Positions 41,514-54,697 of a stretch of DNA of 64,000 nucleotides are shown piece by piece. Position 1 is the first letter of the stretch; each line of letters begins with the position of its first letter. The stretch spans positions 22,320,001 through 22,384,000 of the forward strand of contig OZ249438.1 in the NCBI GenBank assembly GCA_965235115.1, read 5' to 3'. Both the position numbers and the translations under genes were made by a program. The notes under the pieces are model-generated. The model was not told the DNA's origin. It searched no databases and saw only the letters and a list, made by a program, of their open reading frames with translations. The DNA comes from Laetmonice hystrix. Lineage: Eukaryota.

Positions 41514-41796
41514 CTGACAGGTACAAAAGACCCCTACTTTGCTCTGGTTGTCTATGAGGATCTGCATTCACCGCATTCATGACCCCCACCACGGCTCCCC
41601 CCCCCCCGACCCCCAACAACCCCCACCCCCACCCCCCAACCCTTGGCTAGCACCAGCGGTCAATGCAAACTGGTGGTCATCAATGTTTTCAGCGTTATCG
41701 CCATGAATACTTCATGTCCCGCTGGAACTGGATACAACTCTGCGGGCCAGTGGCCTGCCAGCCGCGGCCGCACCCTTTAACGTCCACACGCCATAA

Positions 41797-41864
41797 CCCC
41801 CACCCCAGCCCACCCCAGCCCACCCCACCCCACCCCCACCCCTAGCCCACCCCACCCCCACCCC
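41797..41864 (-). other. C-rich tract; potential G-quadruplex on the minus strand
   Basis: More than 10 runs of at least 3 C separated by 1-3 nt. Confidence 0.7.
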
Positions 41865-41928
41865 TTGAGGTCTTCCTTGACTTGTGATATACGATACCTG
41901 TACGATGTCTTTGAAGCACACCCCCTAC

Positions 41929-42032
41929 CTCTCGAACTGACCAGTATAAGGACACTTCAATGAGTTGATGAAGACGGTATGCCCTTGGTAGCCACCGCCC
42001 CACTGGCTGTGACCCCGCTTGGTGTCGGTCAT
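41929..42032 (-). CDS. Candidate exon (104 nt, phase 0-2), unknown product
   Basis: taattag|ATG...GAG AG|gtaggg reads MTDTKRGHSQWGGGYQGHTVFINSLKCPYTGQFE. The acceptor is weak. GHTVFINSL loosely resembles a WD40 GH motif. Confidence 0.15.
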
Positions 42033-43142
42033 CTAATTACACGGCTAGGTTTGGAGGATAGATCTCTGACACTTGGATCTCAGTGTGTACAACTCACACG
42101 TCTACAGGAGGACATGAAGGCAACAGTCTTTAACAGATTCTCCGTCCTGTAAGCTCCCTGTCTTTGTATCTCTCTCTATGTCATAGGGACAGATCCCCCA
42201 TCCCACCCCAGACTATACGGCAGGCTCCGGTCTCAGCACGTGAGAACGATCAGGGGTTGGGTACGGGAGGGGGGCACGACCCCAGTATACGTCCAGGGGT
42301 CCACCGACTGGCCGGGTAATGGCTTACCCCAGGAATCACCATATTCTTCTTGTTGTTAAGGTTGCAAGGGTACATATTTGTGGAGTATTATTTAATCATG
42401 ATATGACCTGAGTAATCATCCACCATAACTTGTAACAATAACAAGACATCAAACATTGCCAGACATGTTCATACATATGCATGACGTCTATTGTGTCACG
42501 TGAGACATAGAAACCCCAGGTCGAGGTGACCGGGCCTTGACCGCTGGCCGGCCGTGCTATACTTGACCGACCAACGACATGGCGGCCACTGACCGCCACC
42601 CTACCAGCAGGAACCCGTCGGGCCATGTCCATTTTAATAGTTCCACCTTGACATGATCACCTGGGGTCAAACCGCTGGTTGACACGGTCCCAGCCTGTCC
42701 CCATGTCACAGTTTTCCCAGACCTATGACCGTCCAACCAGCATCCAACATGTTCACCTGGCCCTCACTGCCTTCTCCTGAAAACTAATGACGACCAATAC
42801 ATACGATATCATCGCCCTCTGTCACGCCCACTGTAACCCTTGCCTTAACTAACTGCTACCTTCTACCACAAGGCTATTCAAGATCCTGCCCTTTGAAAGA
42901 GTGGCCCTAGTACGACCCCCACACCACCCCCGACAGCCAATCTTAACCACAGCCCCTTCTTAACGTAGCACCCTCCTGACATTTGCCAACAATAAGGTCT
43001 CATTGAAAGACACTTTTGCCCTTTATAAAAGCGGCTCCATACAGGGCAAATGACACTGTTGGATAGGTGGTACTTTACTGTATATGTGTAAACTACATAT
43101 ATACAAACATGGCAGTCTTTAACCTTACTGTAACATCCTTAC

Positions 43143-43178
43143 CGTGATGTCATACCGGATGAGGCGAGGTCCAAACCC
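43143..43178 (-). CDS. Candidate small exon (36 nt, phase 0-0)
   Basis: ttgaccactacag|GGG TTT GGA ... ATC ACG|gtaagg reads GFGPRLIRYDIT. Confidence 0.2.
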
Positions 43179-43237
43179 CTGTAGTGGTCAACCATATAGG
43201 TGTCGGAGGGAGGGGGGGTGTTTACCCTCTCTCTCAC

Positions 43238-43337
43238 CTATCACTCTGAGGGCAATATTTCTCCATCCGGGCCCGGAAACATACTGTGGCCTTCTTGCTA
43301 TTTCTATGGTTTGTACGAGTGATGCATTAATTTTAGA
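43238..43337 (-). CDS. Candidate exon (100 nt, phase 0-1)
   Basis: Strong acceptor cttttcccctccatgttcgcag| and donor TAG|gtgaga. It reads SKINASLVQTIEIARRPQYVSGPGWRNIALRVI. It is not frame-compatible with the 36-nt candidate that lies 59 nt downstream. Confidence 0.22.
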
Positions 43338-44519
43338 CTGCGAACATGGAGGGGAAAAGTGCAGAAGGTCAACGCACAAAAGTTGCTGTCTTCAAAGGAA
43401 CGTTAATAGCAGCGGAGCGAGTGGAGAACGGATAGGTAACTAAATGATTGATATCATTAGGCAAGGCCAGAGGAGCGTCGTATGGACAAAGGTAAAATGG
43501 CACATTGAAGCCACCTTCGTAATGCTGTCTCGAGCCCTCAGTACCAATTAAAGACGGACAGTTCGGACTTCTGGCCACAAAAACTCATTTAGCATTACGT
43601 TGCTGCCTCCCTTGACATTTAAAACAGTGATGTATAACCCAGTGTTTTCTACGGGACACTACATACTTGTAGCCTTTCTTTTCAAATCATGTGACTTCAG
43701 AGGTTAACTGCATGTAAATGTAATGTGGAGATATTGAACTGGTGGATTTCGGTAGTGAAATCATGGGGCGGTTATTGTTGAGGGTGTTGGCGTCACTGAG
43801 TGTGTGAGGTGGGGGGGGGGGGGGTATTGCGAGGCAGTGAGGTTTCTGTTGACCGGCTGGAGGTCTGACCGCGGCCTCCTGCCGGTCGGCCGGGCTGAGC
43901 GGGCCTGGAGGAGGGTTTCAAATGTCCAGTTGGCCAGCTGAAGCCCGGCCACTCACACGACGGGCATCCATCATCAGCCGCTGACAGCTTAACACTAGCG
44001 CACTCTTTTCAATGGATCCCCTTCCTCCACTGCCATGTCAAATAGCCACCAGAAACCTGCCTGAGAGCACTCCATGTAACGATCACATAAAGCTTAATTC
44101 AACATGGAATAATTCCAGCCAAAACATGCCAGTCTGTATTAATTGATGACTTCTGAGGGTCCAGTGAAGGAAGAGGTTGGTCCGGAGGGGGAGGAGGGGG
44201 CAGCGGGTAGGATGGTGGATGGTGAAGTATTGGAAGGATTTGAAGGGGGTCGGCTGACAGCCAAGGTCCAGGGGTCGGTCTCAGGCCCTGGGACTGCAGC
44301 CCGCTCTCCTATGTCCAGTCTGTTTTGATATTCAATCCACCATTTTACATTCGTGAGCCGATAAGGCCGATCAATTATCGGACACTTTAATCGAGGAGGC
44401 CTGCACGCTCGGTGCGGCCGGCTCCGGGCATCTGTCGTGTCACAACACGGGGTCACACTGAACGACCAGTGACCGTGGTCAGCATCAAGTGGCCGCGGTC
44501 CCCGGTCTCTCGGCTAGCC

Positions 44520-44583
44520 GACAGCGGCCGGGGACAGCGGCCGGGGGACAGCGGCCGGGGGACAGCGGCCGGGGACAGCGGCC
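44520..44583. repeat. 14/15-bp GC-rich tandem repeat, 5 copies
   Basis: GACAGCGGCCGGG(G)G units. Confidence 0.93.
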
Positions 44584-46836
44584 CGACCCACTCACCAGCC
44601 ATGTTTATCACACGGCCACCGTCAACTACAAGGTCGACTTGAAAGATGGAGGTTGGTCCGACATGGGTGTTGACAGTCTAAATGGTCACCAACTGGTCAG
44701 TCCTGATGATATGAGGGCCTGGTCGGGGACGGTTGTACTGGCAGGTTACAGGGTGGGGGTAGGAGAGGGTGGGAGACAGTGTACATTGTATGGCCTGTAG
44801 CGTCAACACCCAACACTTGAAACACATCGTTTTCAATGTCAGTCCAATGAAGTCACCGGCCTGTATTTATAAAAGTATAAGAGTACATATATATACAAAG
44901 AATCGTCAGCAGAGCATGCCCTCTGGACGACGCGACAGGACAACTGTGACCACTGCTCCTTTTATATTTTTCTTTTCGGAAAGACATACTTGTTCTTCAA
45001 CTACTTTCTTTCTGATGGCTTATCAGGCATCCAGCAGTTAAGGTCTACTACCCAGTCATGTCAAACTATGCGTTACCACATACATCAACAACGTCGGGGT
45101 ATAACGGGGGAGGGGGAGAAGGGGATGTATCAATGGCGTATACACTCCCAGAGCACTAAAACTGACAGGTATCTTGTCAACACAAAAGTTTTCAAACTTT
45201 TCATACTTCTCAAACTAGCCTTGAATGAGTCACTCGTCTTTTTTAATGTATCGCCTTACAGTGGGAAAAAATGTTATGGCGGGAGTAAGAGGTCAATAGG
45301 AAACGACTAGATTCTTAGCAGTTCTTTTCCCTGTTTTTTTGGTCCCCATCCAAAGAAAACCAAAGAAACCCTTTGACAAAATAATTTCTAATACTGTTGG
45401 CCTACACACCAAAAGTATAGGTTCACTGTGCAGGTCAAAAACAAAGGCGTTCAGATTGCGTTGGTATTTACAGAACTTTACCTTATACGTTAGTCTATAT
45501 TTCCTTGTGGCTAATTTAGTTGTCAGCACAAGGCCACAGGATGTGTGTACACGGCGCTATCAGGGATCGATCAGGGGCCGTCTCACAGCGGGAGATGGTC
45601 GGTGTAACCTTGTCGGGTCCACTCTCTCTTAATCACTTCTCCAAGGATGTAGCTAATTTAGGGCTCAAAGATGTTCCATATATACTCTTTCTGTGCCCCC
45701 TTCTCCCTCCCAAAAAAAGGTCCCCCTATCTAAATCTGACCGACCTCGACCCATATAGTCCAACTGTTTAATGAAAGATAATGTACATTATGAAATGTTA
45801 AAAACCCGAAAGGCTATATTTTCTATTCTCTCCCTATATCATCATCAAAGAGTGATTTGATTTAAAAAGATTTTCTGATTGATCCACTTATCGCATTTTG
45901 TTAATCTGAAGACGAACTTTCCGAACATGCTATACCTGTTTTATAGTACCGAGTGTCCAGGTGGTTTAACAACCCTTGTAACAAGCTGTGGTTTTTTTTA
46001 GAAATTCCTGTACCATTCCTTCCAGTGTAATGTACTGATAATCATCCATTACCATTAAGTAATTAAAATCTTTGTGGGTAGCGATTATACACGGTCTGGT
46101 TGGTAGATGATGAGATGATGATAATGAGTTGATCCCTCATCCCTCTCCTCCTTCCCTCACCTCCCTCCATTGGGAGCAGTACTCGGCCCTCATTCCGTGG
46201 TCAAAGTCTGTCTGTCTGTCCAGACCTGGCGCAAAGCGACCCGTCACGCATCACGTGGCACGGCGGGGGGTTGCCTCAGACTGCGTGACTCGTCCTAACC
46301 TCGGCGGCTGACTCAGGCCATGGTCAACGGGACCACAGGTATTCTCACTCAATGACCACTTCACACCACATCATGTGAACAACTTCAAACACATACCAAA
46401 AGTACAAACACTGAGATTGGGGGGTTGGGGGGTTGTCGGATGTCCGAGGCCTCCCCAGGTAAGCTATGACAAGTATGTTTAGCAGCCAGCGGCTGTGTGA
46501 AGGCTGAGTTGTGGGGGTGGTTGTCTGTCAACCATACCGCTGACCACAGGTCACCAGGGAGACAAAGTGATGAAGGTCAGGTATTCCGATTCCTAGAACC
46601 AATTACAACCAATTGACTGGGTGAGCAAACAGCCGGGTTGGCCGGGCGCCTGTCGCCGTCAGGTCCCCATACGGGCGAACACCTTGACCACAGTAATGAA
46701 GTCGCATTGCCTAGAGACCCCCAGGGACCATTCTCTCTCATGGTCAACAACAGGCCAGTAAATCGGGAATTTCCTGTGCGGTTTCCACTCGGCTCGGCCA
46801 ACTGGTGTCGGTCAAGGAGACGTGGGCCCCACTTAC

Positions 46837-46956
46837 CGTGTCCATTCCCGGCGGTACGACCGCTTGACGACGGCCTCCACTGGGAGATGGTGACGGGGAC
46901 ACTCCCTCCCCCACCGCTCCCACAGTTAATGGATCATTTGATCCCGAGTCGGACAT
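46837..46956 (-). CDS. Candidate first coding exon (40 codons, phase 0 donor), unknown product
   Basis: aagATG start (A at -3) with an in-frame upstream TAA, and donor ACG|gtaagt. It reads MSDSGSNDPLTVGAVGEGVSPSPSPSGGRRQAVVPPGMDT. Confidence 0.25.
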
Positions 46957-48181
46957 CTTTTGTTGTTCTTTTCCAAGCGCCAAGTTTTATGTCATTGCTG
47001 GTCGCTTGTTGGTAACCACTGTGGCCTTCATTCTGTCCCACGGCAGCCGAGGTGAGTTCAGGACCAGTTACTAGGCTCAAATATTCGGTGAGATTTGTGG
47101 AGGCCCTCACTTAAAGTGGCAGGAAATAGTGACCTATAGGTGTCCCCATTACTTGTGTCTCTCGATGATCCCGTCCTAACCACCATCAACAATGAGCGAG
47201 GTAGATAGACTAGCAGCCTGTGTCCATCGACCAAGGTGTGTAGACTCTCCCCACCTGCGGACTGAACTGCCCACCTGGTTATAGACCCCGGCTACCACAA
47301 CTCTAGCCATCAGACCAATGGAAACTAAGCTCTGTTAATCAAGACTTTGGCCTCCTTTATCCTCCCCTCTGCTTCCCCATCTGTGTTACCTTGGCGACTA
47401 TCCATGCCCCTGTCAATCCTTACCCACACACTCACTGATATCTCAGGCCTTCACCGAGACCTCGATCTTCATGTCAAACCTCACCCTCTGACATCCCAAG
47501 GTAAAGAAATAAAAACACACATTTGGGAGGGATCATCGTGCGCTCTGAGCAACCAGCACTTTCCAGGGTGGTAACTTCGGAGTCTCTTCGCTACAAAAAC
47601 CCCTTGCCCCATCCACGGCCCATTTCTCGGTACCCCTTGCCCCCACCCCCTGAGACCTGGCATGCCCGTTTTTTTCCTACATACTTGCCCTTGGCCTCGA
47701 CGGGAAAGAACCTCCCAGGTGTAAGTTGGGTGGTGGTGGTGGTGGGGGGGGGGGGGGGGAGAGTGCTCATTACCCGGGCCCGTATATTTATATATGTCCT
47801 GTCAGTTTACCTGGGGTACATGCTATAAGTCAGCCCCATGGACCTCGGTCAGCACTGAGAGCGTCTGTTTGTACCAGCCCCATCACCTTACTTACCTGGG
47901 GCGCTCACCTGTATGTGTGTGTGTGTGTGGTGGTGGTGGGGGGGGGGGGTCCTACCACTTGACCAGTGTCAAACATAGCACGTCTCTGACACGAGACACC
48001 ACCATCGCCATACTTGTGGAGGTACTAATGGGCATACTTATAGACCTGCTAAAACCTGGGCCCACAACCCGCTGTAACAGCCCGCCGACCGCCCGGCTCC
48101 AGGTCCTGGCGACACGACCTGCAGGCCTGGAGGCGCCCCTCCTCCACGGTCTGTCCTCAGGTGGATATGGTTAACCTCTGA

Positions 48182-48210
48182 CCCCGCCCTACGACCAATC
48201 ACAGCCCGCC
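48182..48210. promoter_or_regulatory. Candidate promoter: GC-box, CCAAT, GC-box
   Basis: CCCCGCCC (48182-48189), GACCAATCA (48193-48201) and GCCCGCC directly after. It lies about 290 bp upstream, on the minus strand, of a perfect CAG|GTAAGT donor at 47896/47895. Confidence 0.35.
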
Positions 48211-50310
48211 ACCCACACCACACCACATGTAACTGCCATGGAATTTACTTCCATCTTCATCGTTTTCATTTTGACTATAACTTACCCTCTCTGTTTGTCG
48301 AATATGAGAAATATCACCCTCCTCTCTCCCGAAAAAAAATTAAGAAAAGAAAAGAGAGACAGAAAAAGAGGAAACTGGTCGAGTTTCTAGAAATGTTGCC
48401 CTCGTTTCTTCTGGGTGGTCTAGTGTTCATCAACAGACAGAGACGGGTACTAATTGGAAGGATAACACGTTATCAGTTATCATGAGAGTCGCTTGACCTT
48501 AGCTATGCTGGGTACTGGCACTGTATAGGTAGGGGTTGTGTGTGTTCCTGGCCGAGGTTGATGTACAGTGATTGAGACGAGAGGCTGTCAGACAGCCTTC
48601 CCTGTTTACTTTGTCCACCGACAGCCCAAGTCTTGTGAACCTGACCCTCTTTCCGTTCACTGGCCATGATTGGGATCCTGTGTGGTTATTTAGTTCTTGG
48701 ACAGCGTCCACTGTCCTCAACAGCTAGTCTCATGTCCTTGATCACCAAGAAAAGTTGACACTGTCAAAACAGTAGTGGTTGATGGAATCAGCCTCCAGGG
48801 TCGGGGTTGGAGGAGGTTGGGTAGCTAATATAGCTCGTACATAAAGATTCTAGGAGTGGTGGGTTATGTGAAGAGTGCCAAGAGAAGACCGTAATGTCAG
48901 AGCAGCCTGTCTATTCGTAAAGACCATGTCCTGTCCCCTCCTTCCGCCGCAGTGGACATTGCCTCATTGCTACAGTGTTGGTTGGCCACGTCAGCCTCAG
49001 CTTGGCCAGGCTCTATGCCCACTGGTCTGCACGTTGGCATGTCGCCATTAAAGGTGGCCACTGGCACAGTCCATCCTTCCGTCCAACCGAACCGTGCAGC
49101 CAATTCACCTGCCACTTACTGAACCATATACCAAATCCCTCAGTTAGCGTCAGGCGTGGACGAAAAAGGCGGGCAAAAATGTAATAACACTGTTCAGAGC
49201 TGTCATTAAGACGGTGGCCGACTTGCCGGCCCACACTGGCCGCAGTCCAGGCCCCGGCTCAGCTCCACCGATCCCAGTAAGACACCTGATTTGCCATACT
49301 CGTTGGCCAGTTCCATCGACCTGCTTCTGCTGCAAGCCACCTGAGGCTGGCCTCGTGCCCAACCGGCATTGGCGGGGCTGGCTGGCAGGCGGGCTGGATG
49401 GCTGGCAGGGGCCAGTGTCATGCTCGATGAAGGATGGAGATCACCTTAATAGGGTGATGCTGAGCCTGCATCATGACACTGCCCATTAGCTGTGTCATGA
49501 TTACACAAGTGTGTGTACAGCTGTCCAGAGTAGGGATCAATACTACAGCTCTTCAGTTTACATCACGCTTCCTCTTGTATACAATGCAACAACTGTATGA
49601 TGGACAATCATTAAAAAAAACCAGCTAAGGTAGAAAAAATACCGTTAGCTATAAACTGGGGTTGAGATGTTTGAAACACGTTCCATGGCGTGGTATACAA
49701 AGCCATAGCCACAGGTCTTCCGTTACACCTGTGTGGTATCTGACCTGGAAGTCTTCAAAGTAGGCGGCCAGCAAAGGGACATTTGTCCATTTGGCGACTG
49801 TCCATCTTGCCTGGCCATGTATAATGTAGGATGACAACGGATTACCCTGTAATCCTCACCTACAGGCGGCAAGACGAGAGACGTGTCGATCTAAGTGGTC
49901 ACCGGCTGCACTCGTCTGACCCCTGCCTGGCCACAGCTCTGCTCGAATCACTGTCTCAGCACTTTGACACAGATACCTGTTGTAGGAATCTCCACCGACT
50001 ACTTATCCGGCAGGGCCACTTAAATTAATAGCATAATGTTCACAACCACTGGCTTTTTGGTCAGGCAATATCAAGAGAGGGTTGGGTCGAATCTTGTGGT
50101 ACAAGTGATAGAGCGGAGGCCAAGCTGTCAGTCAGAGAGTGAGTGGTCCAGGGAGGTGTATGATGACACACAGATACACACACATACCCAGCACGACTCA
50201 TCAGACGATCCACACCTGAGCACAGGTGTCACTAGAAACCATGGCTGTGGCCATGTCGACAGGTGACTGACCACGTTGATAACACCAAAACATTCCGCGT
50301 ACTTTCTCAA

Positions 50311-50493
50311 TCCTCTCTATCCTACCATTCTCTATCCTCTCTATCCTACCATTCTCTATCCTCTCTATCCTGCCATTCTCTATCGTCTCTATCCTGCCAT
50401 TCTCTATCATCTCTATCTACCATTCTCTATCGTCTCTATCCTGCCATTCTCTATCGTCTCTATCCTACCATTCTCTATCATCTCTATTCTATA
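50311..50493. repeat. About 24-bp CTCTAT-based pyrimidine-rich tandem repeat
   Basis: CTCTATCCTACCATTCTCTATCCT and variants. It explains the IENGRIER and SLSYHSLS ORFs. Confidence 0.92.
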
Positions 50494-52773
50494 CCTGGGC
50501 CAGTTTTTAACACCTCCCCCTCCTCGATCCTGGGGCAGTCTCACAGTAAACACCACACGATTACGTGACCAGTTTCCTTGGCAACTCCAGCTGTATATGA
50601 CCCTTGTGACCTGTGATGTCCTCCCTCTGTCGATCTACATGGCCTTCTACTAAAGAAATATTATTTCTTTAAAAGAACAGAAAAGAAACACACCTCTCAG
50701 AATAGGACGTTCACACTACTCAAGTTACGATAGAAATCGCACATGCTTTATTACACAACAATTAGCTTTGTTGAAGATAGCAGCACTGATTTATAACTGA
50801 AGTTATGACTAAACATGCCGTCGTGTCCAGATGTCAGCCAGTGTAACGGCTCAGGGGGAAGTGGTTCCGCTACTTATTTCAAATAATGATTTGTGTCGGG
50901 AGGAGGGAGGGGGGATGCCTGAGGTCTGGGCATACGTACACCCGTACCATGTCCCCCACCCGTCCTTACTCCTCCTGTGAGTGGCCTCTGCTGCCCCGCT
51001 GCCGTGGTTTATCTCATTTAATGGCCACCTTCCAGGTGAAGCTTGTGTCGGTGGCCGGCGAGTTGCAGGCCCCACAGTGTCTGTGCATGACGTGTGGTCA
51101 TTGGTCACTGGACCGTGAAGTCGAGCTGGCCGTCACCGCTCTGTCCCCGTCACACAGCACTAGTAAATGCCAATCTTACCTCACCCTAACCTACCGCTAC
51201 CTGGCCTCTGTCCCCCCTAGCCCCACTACACCTCCAATTAGGCCCCACACCAAACAGTGGAATTACTCTCAAATGATGTGGTACTTTTTTTCTTCTTCTA
51301 CTCTTATTTTCTGTCTTCTCTGGGTTAACAGACATCCACCACGGCGGACATGCTTACCGAATCTTACATTGTAAAGCTGTGATACTTCATGGCCAAAAGT
51401 CAAACTTAATCTTTCTTTGCTGAATATAATCAGGTTGTTCCAATGGCTTTATGTTGAATGTCCATTTATATATCTTTACCTAGTATTTATATATTTGTCA
51501 TGTTGAAAGCCCACCTTAGTGTCTGGGTGACTTGACAAGGCGTCCAGTCACCCTATACCAGTCAGTTGTTTACTGGTGGCCTCACAGTCTGACGACCACC
51601 AAATAACTTGACCTCTATGATTCCCCAGTTTGGGGTCAGTGTGTTGTCAAATCCTATCCCATTAACTTAAGCCTATCTTCCATGAAACGCCACGGAAGGC
51701 AAGGCTCATTTGTCAGGACACTAAGGACAACCATGGGAGAGGAACCCCCCTGAAGACAAAAATTGTTCCTTCTGCTATTCAGGGTGGGGGAGGGGCATCT
51801 AATCTTCAATAATGGTCAAAGTGTAGTTACACTCTTCCTCTTGTGGCAAATCGTCAACAAAAAGATCACGTTCCTTTACCTCTATGTTCAGTTTTCTCAA
51901 ATTTTCACGAACTGAAAATAAGTTTGATCCAAAATAAAAGTGTCCCACATTGTATGCCACCAGTGGCGGCATTCATTTCCTTGGAAGAGGCAGCCAGTTG
52001 GGCCTACCTCACCCGTCCACCCCACTGGTCACCAGACCCATTCACCTGTGCAATATGCACTGGCAATGTACACCTGTGGGCAACTTTAGTAAGGGCGAGA
52101 GCCTTAAGTTGGCCAAACCTATATACTGGTAACTGCCCCTGCTTTGTTGGTTACATACGCACTGAAACACCCGGACATGAAGTCCGTATTGTCCAGGCTA
52201 CCTGAGCATTGGCAAGGGCTGCTTTCTTCACACAGTCATGGTCACCTGACCAACGACTGGCTATCTATTATCACAGGTGTCATTTTCCTTTGCCCTGCCC
52301 CTAGCTGACAAGAGGAGCGGTCAGGTATTCCACAGTTGAGGTGTCCCCATTGTGCCAGCTTTGATGGATCTATATAACCTAACTACAGGTGCATGGAGGG
52401 ATCCACAGGTCCCGTGGGCAAGAGGTGTGGATCTAGCTCACCTCACACTCAGGTCAAACTTGACAGGACTACCTATCTACATACATATATTCATATATAC
52501 GCACACACGGCGCATATACTGTCAATAGGGTAGGGTGTCAATAATATATAACATCTGTTGGCGGAGCGAGTCAATAAAACCGACCAGCTTTCTCCGTGTC
52601 CATTCTGATAATTTACATATATGTCACCCTGGTCAGGGATCCAGTATACATATGTATGTATAACTGTACCCCCCGCCATGTTCAACCCCATTCCGAGATA
52701 CTCCGCCTGATATTGACCAGTCCACCTCGACTAGAAGGCTAACACTAACATACAATACTAACACGACATGAGT

Positions 52774-52852
52774 GGGGGGTGGGGGTGTGGGTGGGGGTGT
52801 GGGTGGGGGGTCGGGGTGTGGTGGGGGTGGGGGTGGGGGGCGGGGGTGGGGG
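52774..52852 (+). other. G-rich tract; potential G-quadruplex
   Basis: More than 10 G-runs of 3-6 nt separated by 1-5 nt. Confidence 0.75.
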
Positions 52853-53709
52853 ACGATCCCATTACCCGTTCTCTTCACATCACGGCCATCAACACGGCAC
52901 GATTGTAAAAATGCAATTACTTAGTCTGGGAAATGAAAGAACTTATTTATATACATTAATATACGTTTTACATTCAACCATTGTGTAGGTTATTGTCGTT
53001 TGGCAATGCTACTGGACAGGGACAGGGAGTAAGCCGAAGATCTGGCTGCTGTTCCACTTTTTTCGAATTGAACCTCTCACTTCATTCGTGCTCTCTCCCC
53101 CCCTGCGTCTTACACATATATGCACACACACCTACCCAAGAAAAGAACACACACCCATATAATAAATATATGAAATATACACATTCATATACACACACAT
53201 ACTGTGCACTCAACCCGGGCTATATCAACCAGGTCAATATATCCCTACTGCCGAGAGCTAGGTTATTTACCTAGGTCATCTCTGCCCACATATCATACCG
53301 AGTGTCCACTCCTCCGGCTTGACCCTAAATAAACACTGATATCTAACTAGTCGGCTGGCCCTGGGTCCAGACTGACCTAGCCTTACACAGACAGTACACA
53401 CAGCTAGCAACTTGCTGCCCTCGACTTTATACTTACCTCAAGATCACCAACTTAGCTCCGTGTTTCTCGACTCGCACGTGGGGCGTTAAAACAGTGACAC
53501 CTAATGTTATCTCTACAAAAATCAAGCCACGTGTGGATTCTGGCGAAATACTCAAAATAAACTCTCACTCAACAGCTGGGTCTGTGTTACTAAGGTCTGG
53601 TTATTAACGAACTCTGGTTAACCTTCACACCTAACCGAGCAGAGATCAAACCATGTGTCCGCCGGGTATAGGTATCAATGAATGGCCGAGGGACAACCTC
53701 ACCTACAAT

Positions 53710-54330
53710 TAGGTAACTCCCGGCTAGGGATTCATGTCCAAACTTCCAGATCATGGAACTCAAGGCCGGGGACTCATGTCCAAACTCCCAGATCATGGAA
53801 CCCAAGGCTGGGGACTCATGTCCAAACTCCCAGATCATGGAACTCAAGGCCGGAGACTCATGTCCAAACTCCCAGATCATGGAACCCAAGGCTGGGGACT
53901 CATGTCCAAACTCCCAGATCATGGAACTCAAGGCCGGAGACTCATGTCCAAACTCCCAGATCATGGAACTCAAGGCCGGAGACTCGTGTCCAAACTCACA
54001 GATCATGGAACCCAAGGCCGGGGACTCATGTCCAAACTCCCAGATCATGGAACTCAAGGCCGGAGACTCATGTCCAAACTCCCAGATCATGGAACTCAAG
54101 GCCGGGGACTCATGTCCAAACTCACAGATCATGGAACCCAAGGCTGGGGACTCATGTCCAAACTCCCAGATCATGGAACTCAAGGCCGGAGACTCATGTC
54201 CAACTCCCAGATCATGGAACTCAGGGCTAGGGAATCATGCTCCACCCAATCTTCAGATCAGGGAATCATGCCTGGACAGTCATATCTCAACTCTTAGAAC
54301 AAGGAACTCGAGGCCAGGGATACATGTCCT
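53710..54330. repeat. 42-bp minisatellite, about 12 good copies with degenerate flanking units
   Basis: Unit ATGGAACTCAAGGCCGGGGACTCATGTCCAAACTCCCAGATC. It explains four overlapping 182-216 aa ORFs. Confidence 0.96.
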
Positions 54331-54697
54331 TTCTCCTAGATCGGTGAACACCTATACTGAGAACCCTGCGGGATTTGTCCCTGCATGTCTAGTAGCGTGC
54401 TAACCTTGCCTTGCTCTCAACAACATTTCTACAGCATTGGGGCATGGCAGGCATGTAGGTAGGTAGGCTGGGTGGCTGGCTGGCTGGTTAGTTGGCTGGC
54501 TGGTTGGCTGGTCGTGCGAACGTACCCCTCCAACCCGTTCCTCCTCTCCCATCACCCATGCCCAGTGTTGTGGCTTCAGATTGAAGGCAGATGGGCCGAG
54601 GTTGGGCCCGACCCCAAATACAATGCCGCTGGTGGCTCGGACCAGCAGACACAACAAAAATACCCCTTGTATTGATTCAGAGTGGTACAAACTGAGA

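Noticed and set aside
52400-52440. miR-279-like sequence TGAGCTAGATCCACAC (minus strand) in a short hairpin
   Set aside because: There is an extra base in the seed, the stem is only 8 bp, and it is on the 5' arm whereas miR-279 comes from the 3' arm.
53590-54403. Four overlapping 182-216 aa repeat ORFs (MELKAGDSCPNSQI and others)
   Set aside because: These are read-through of a 42-bp minisatellite, with a frameshifting deletion near 54200.
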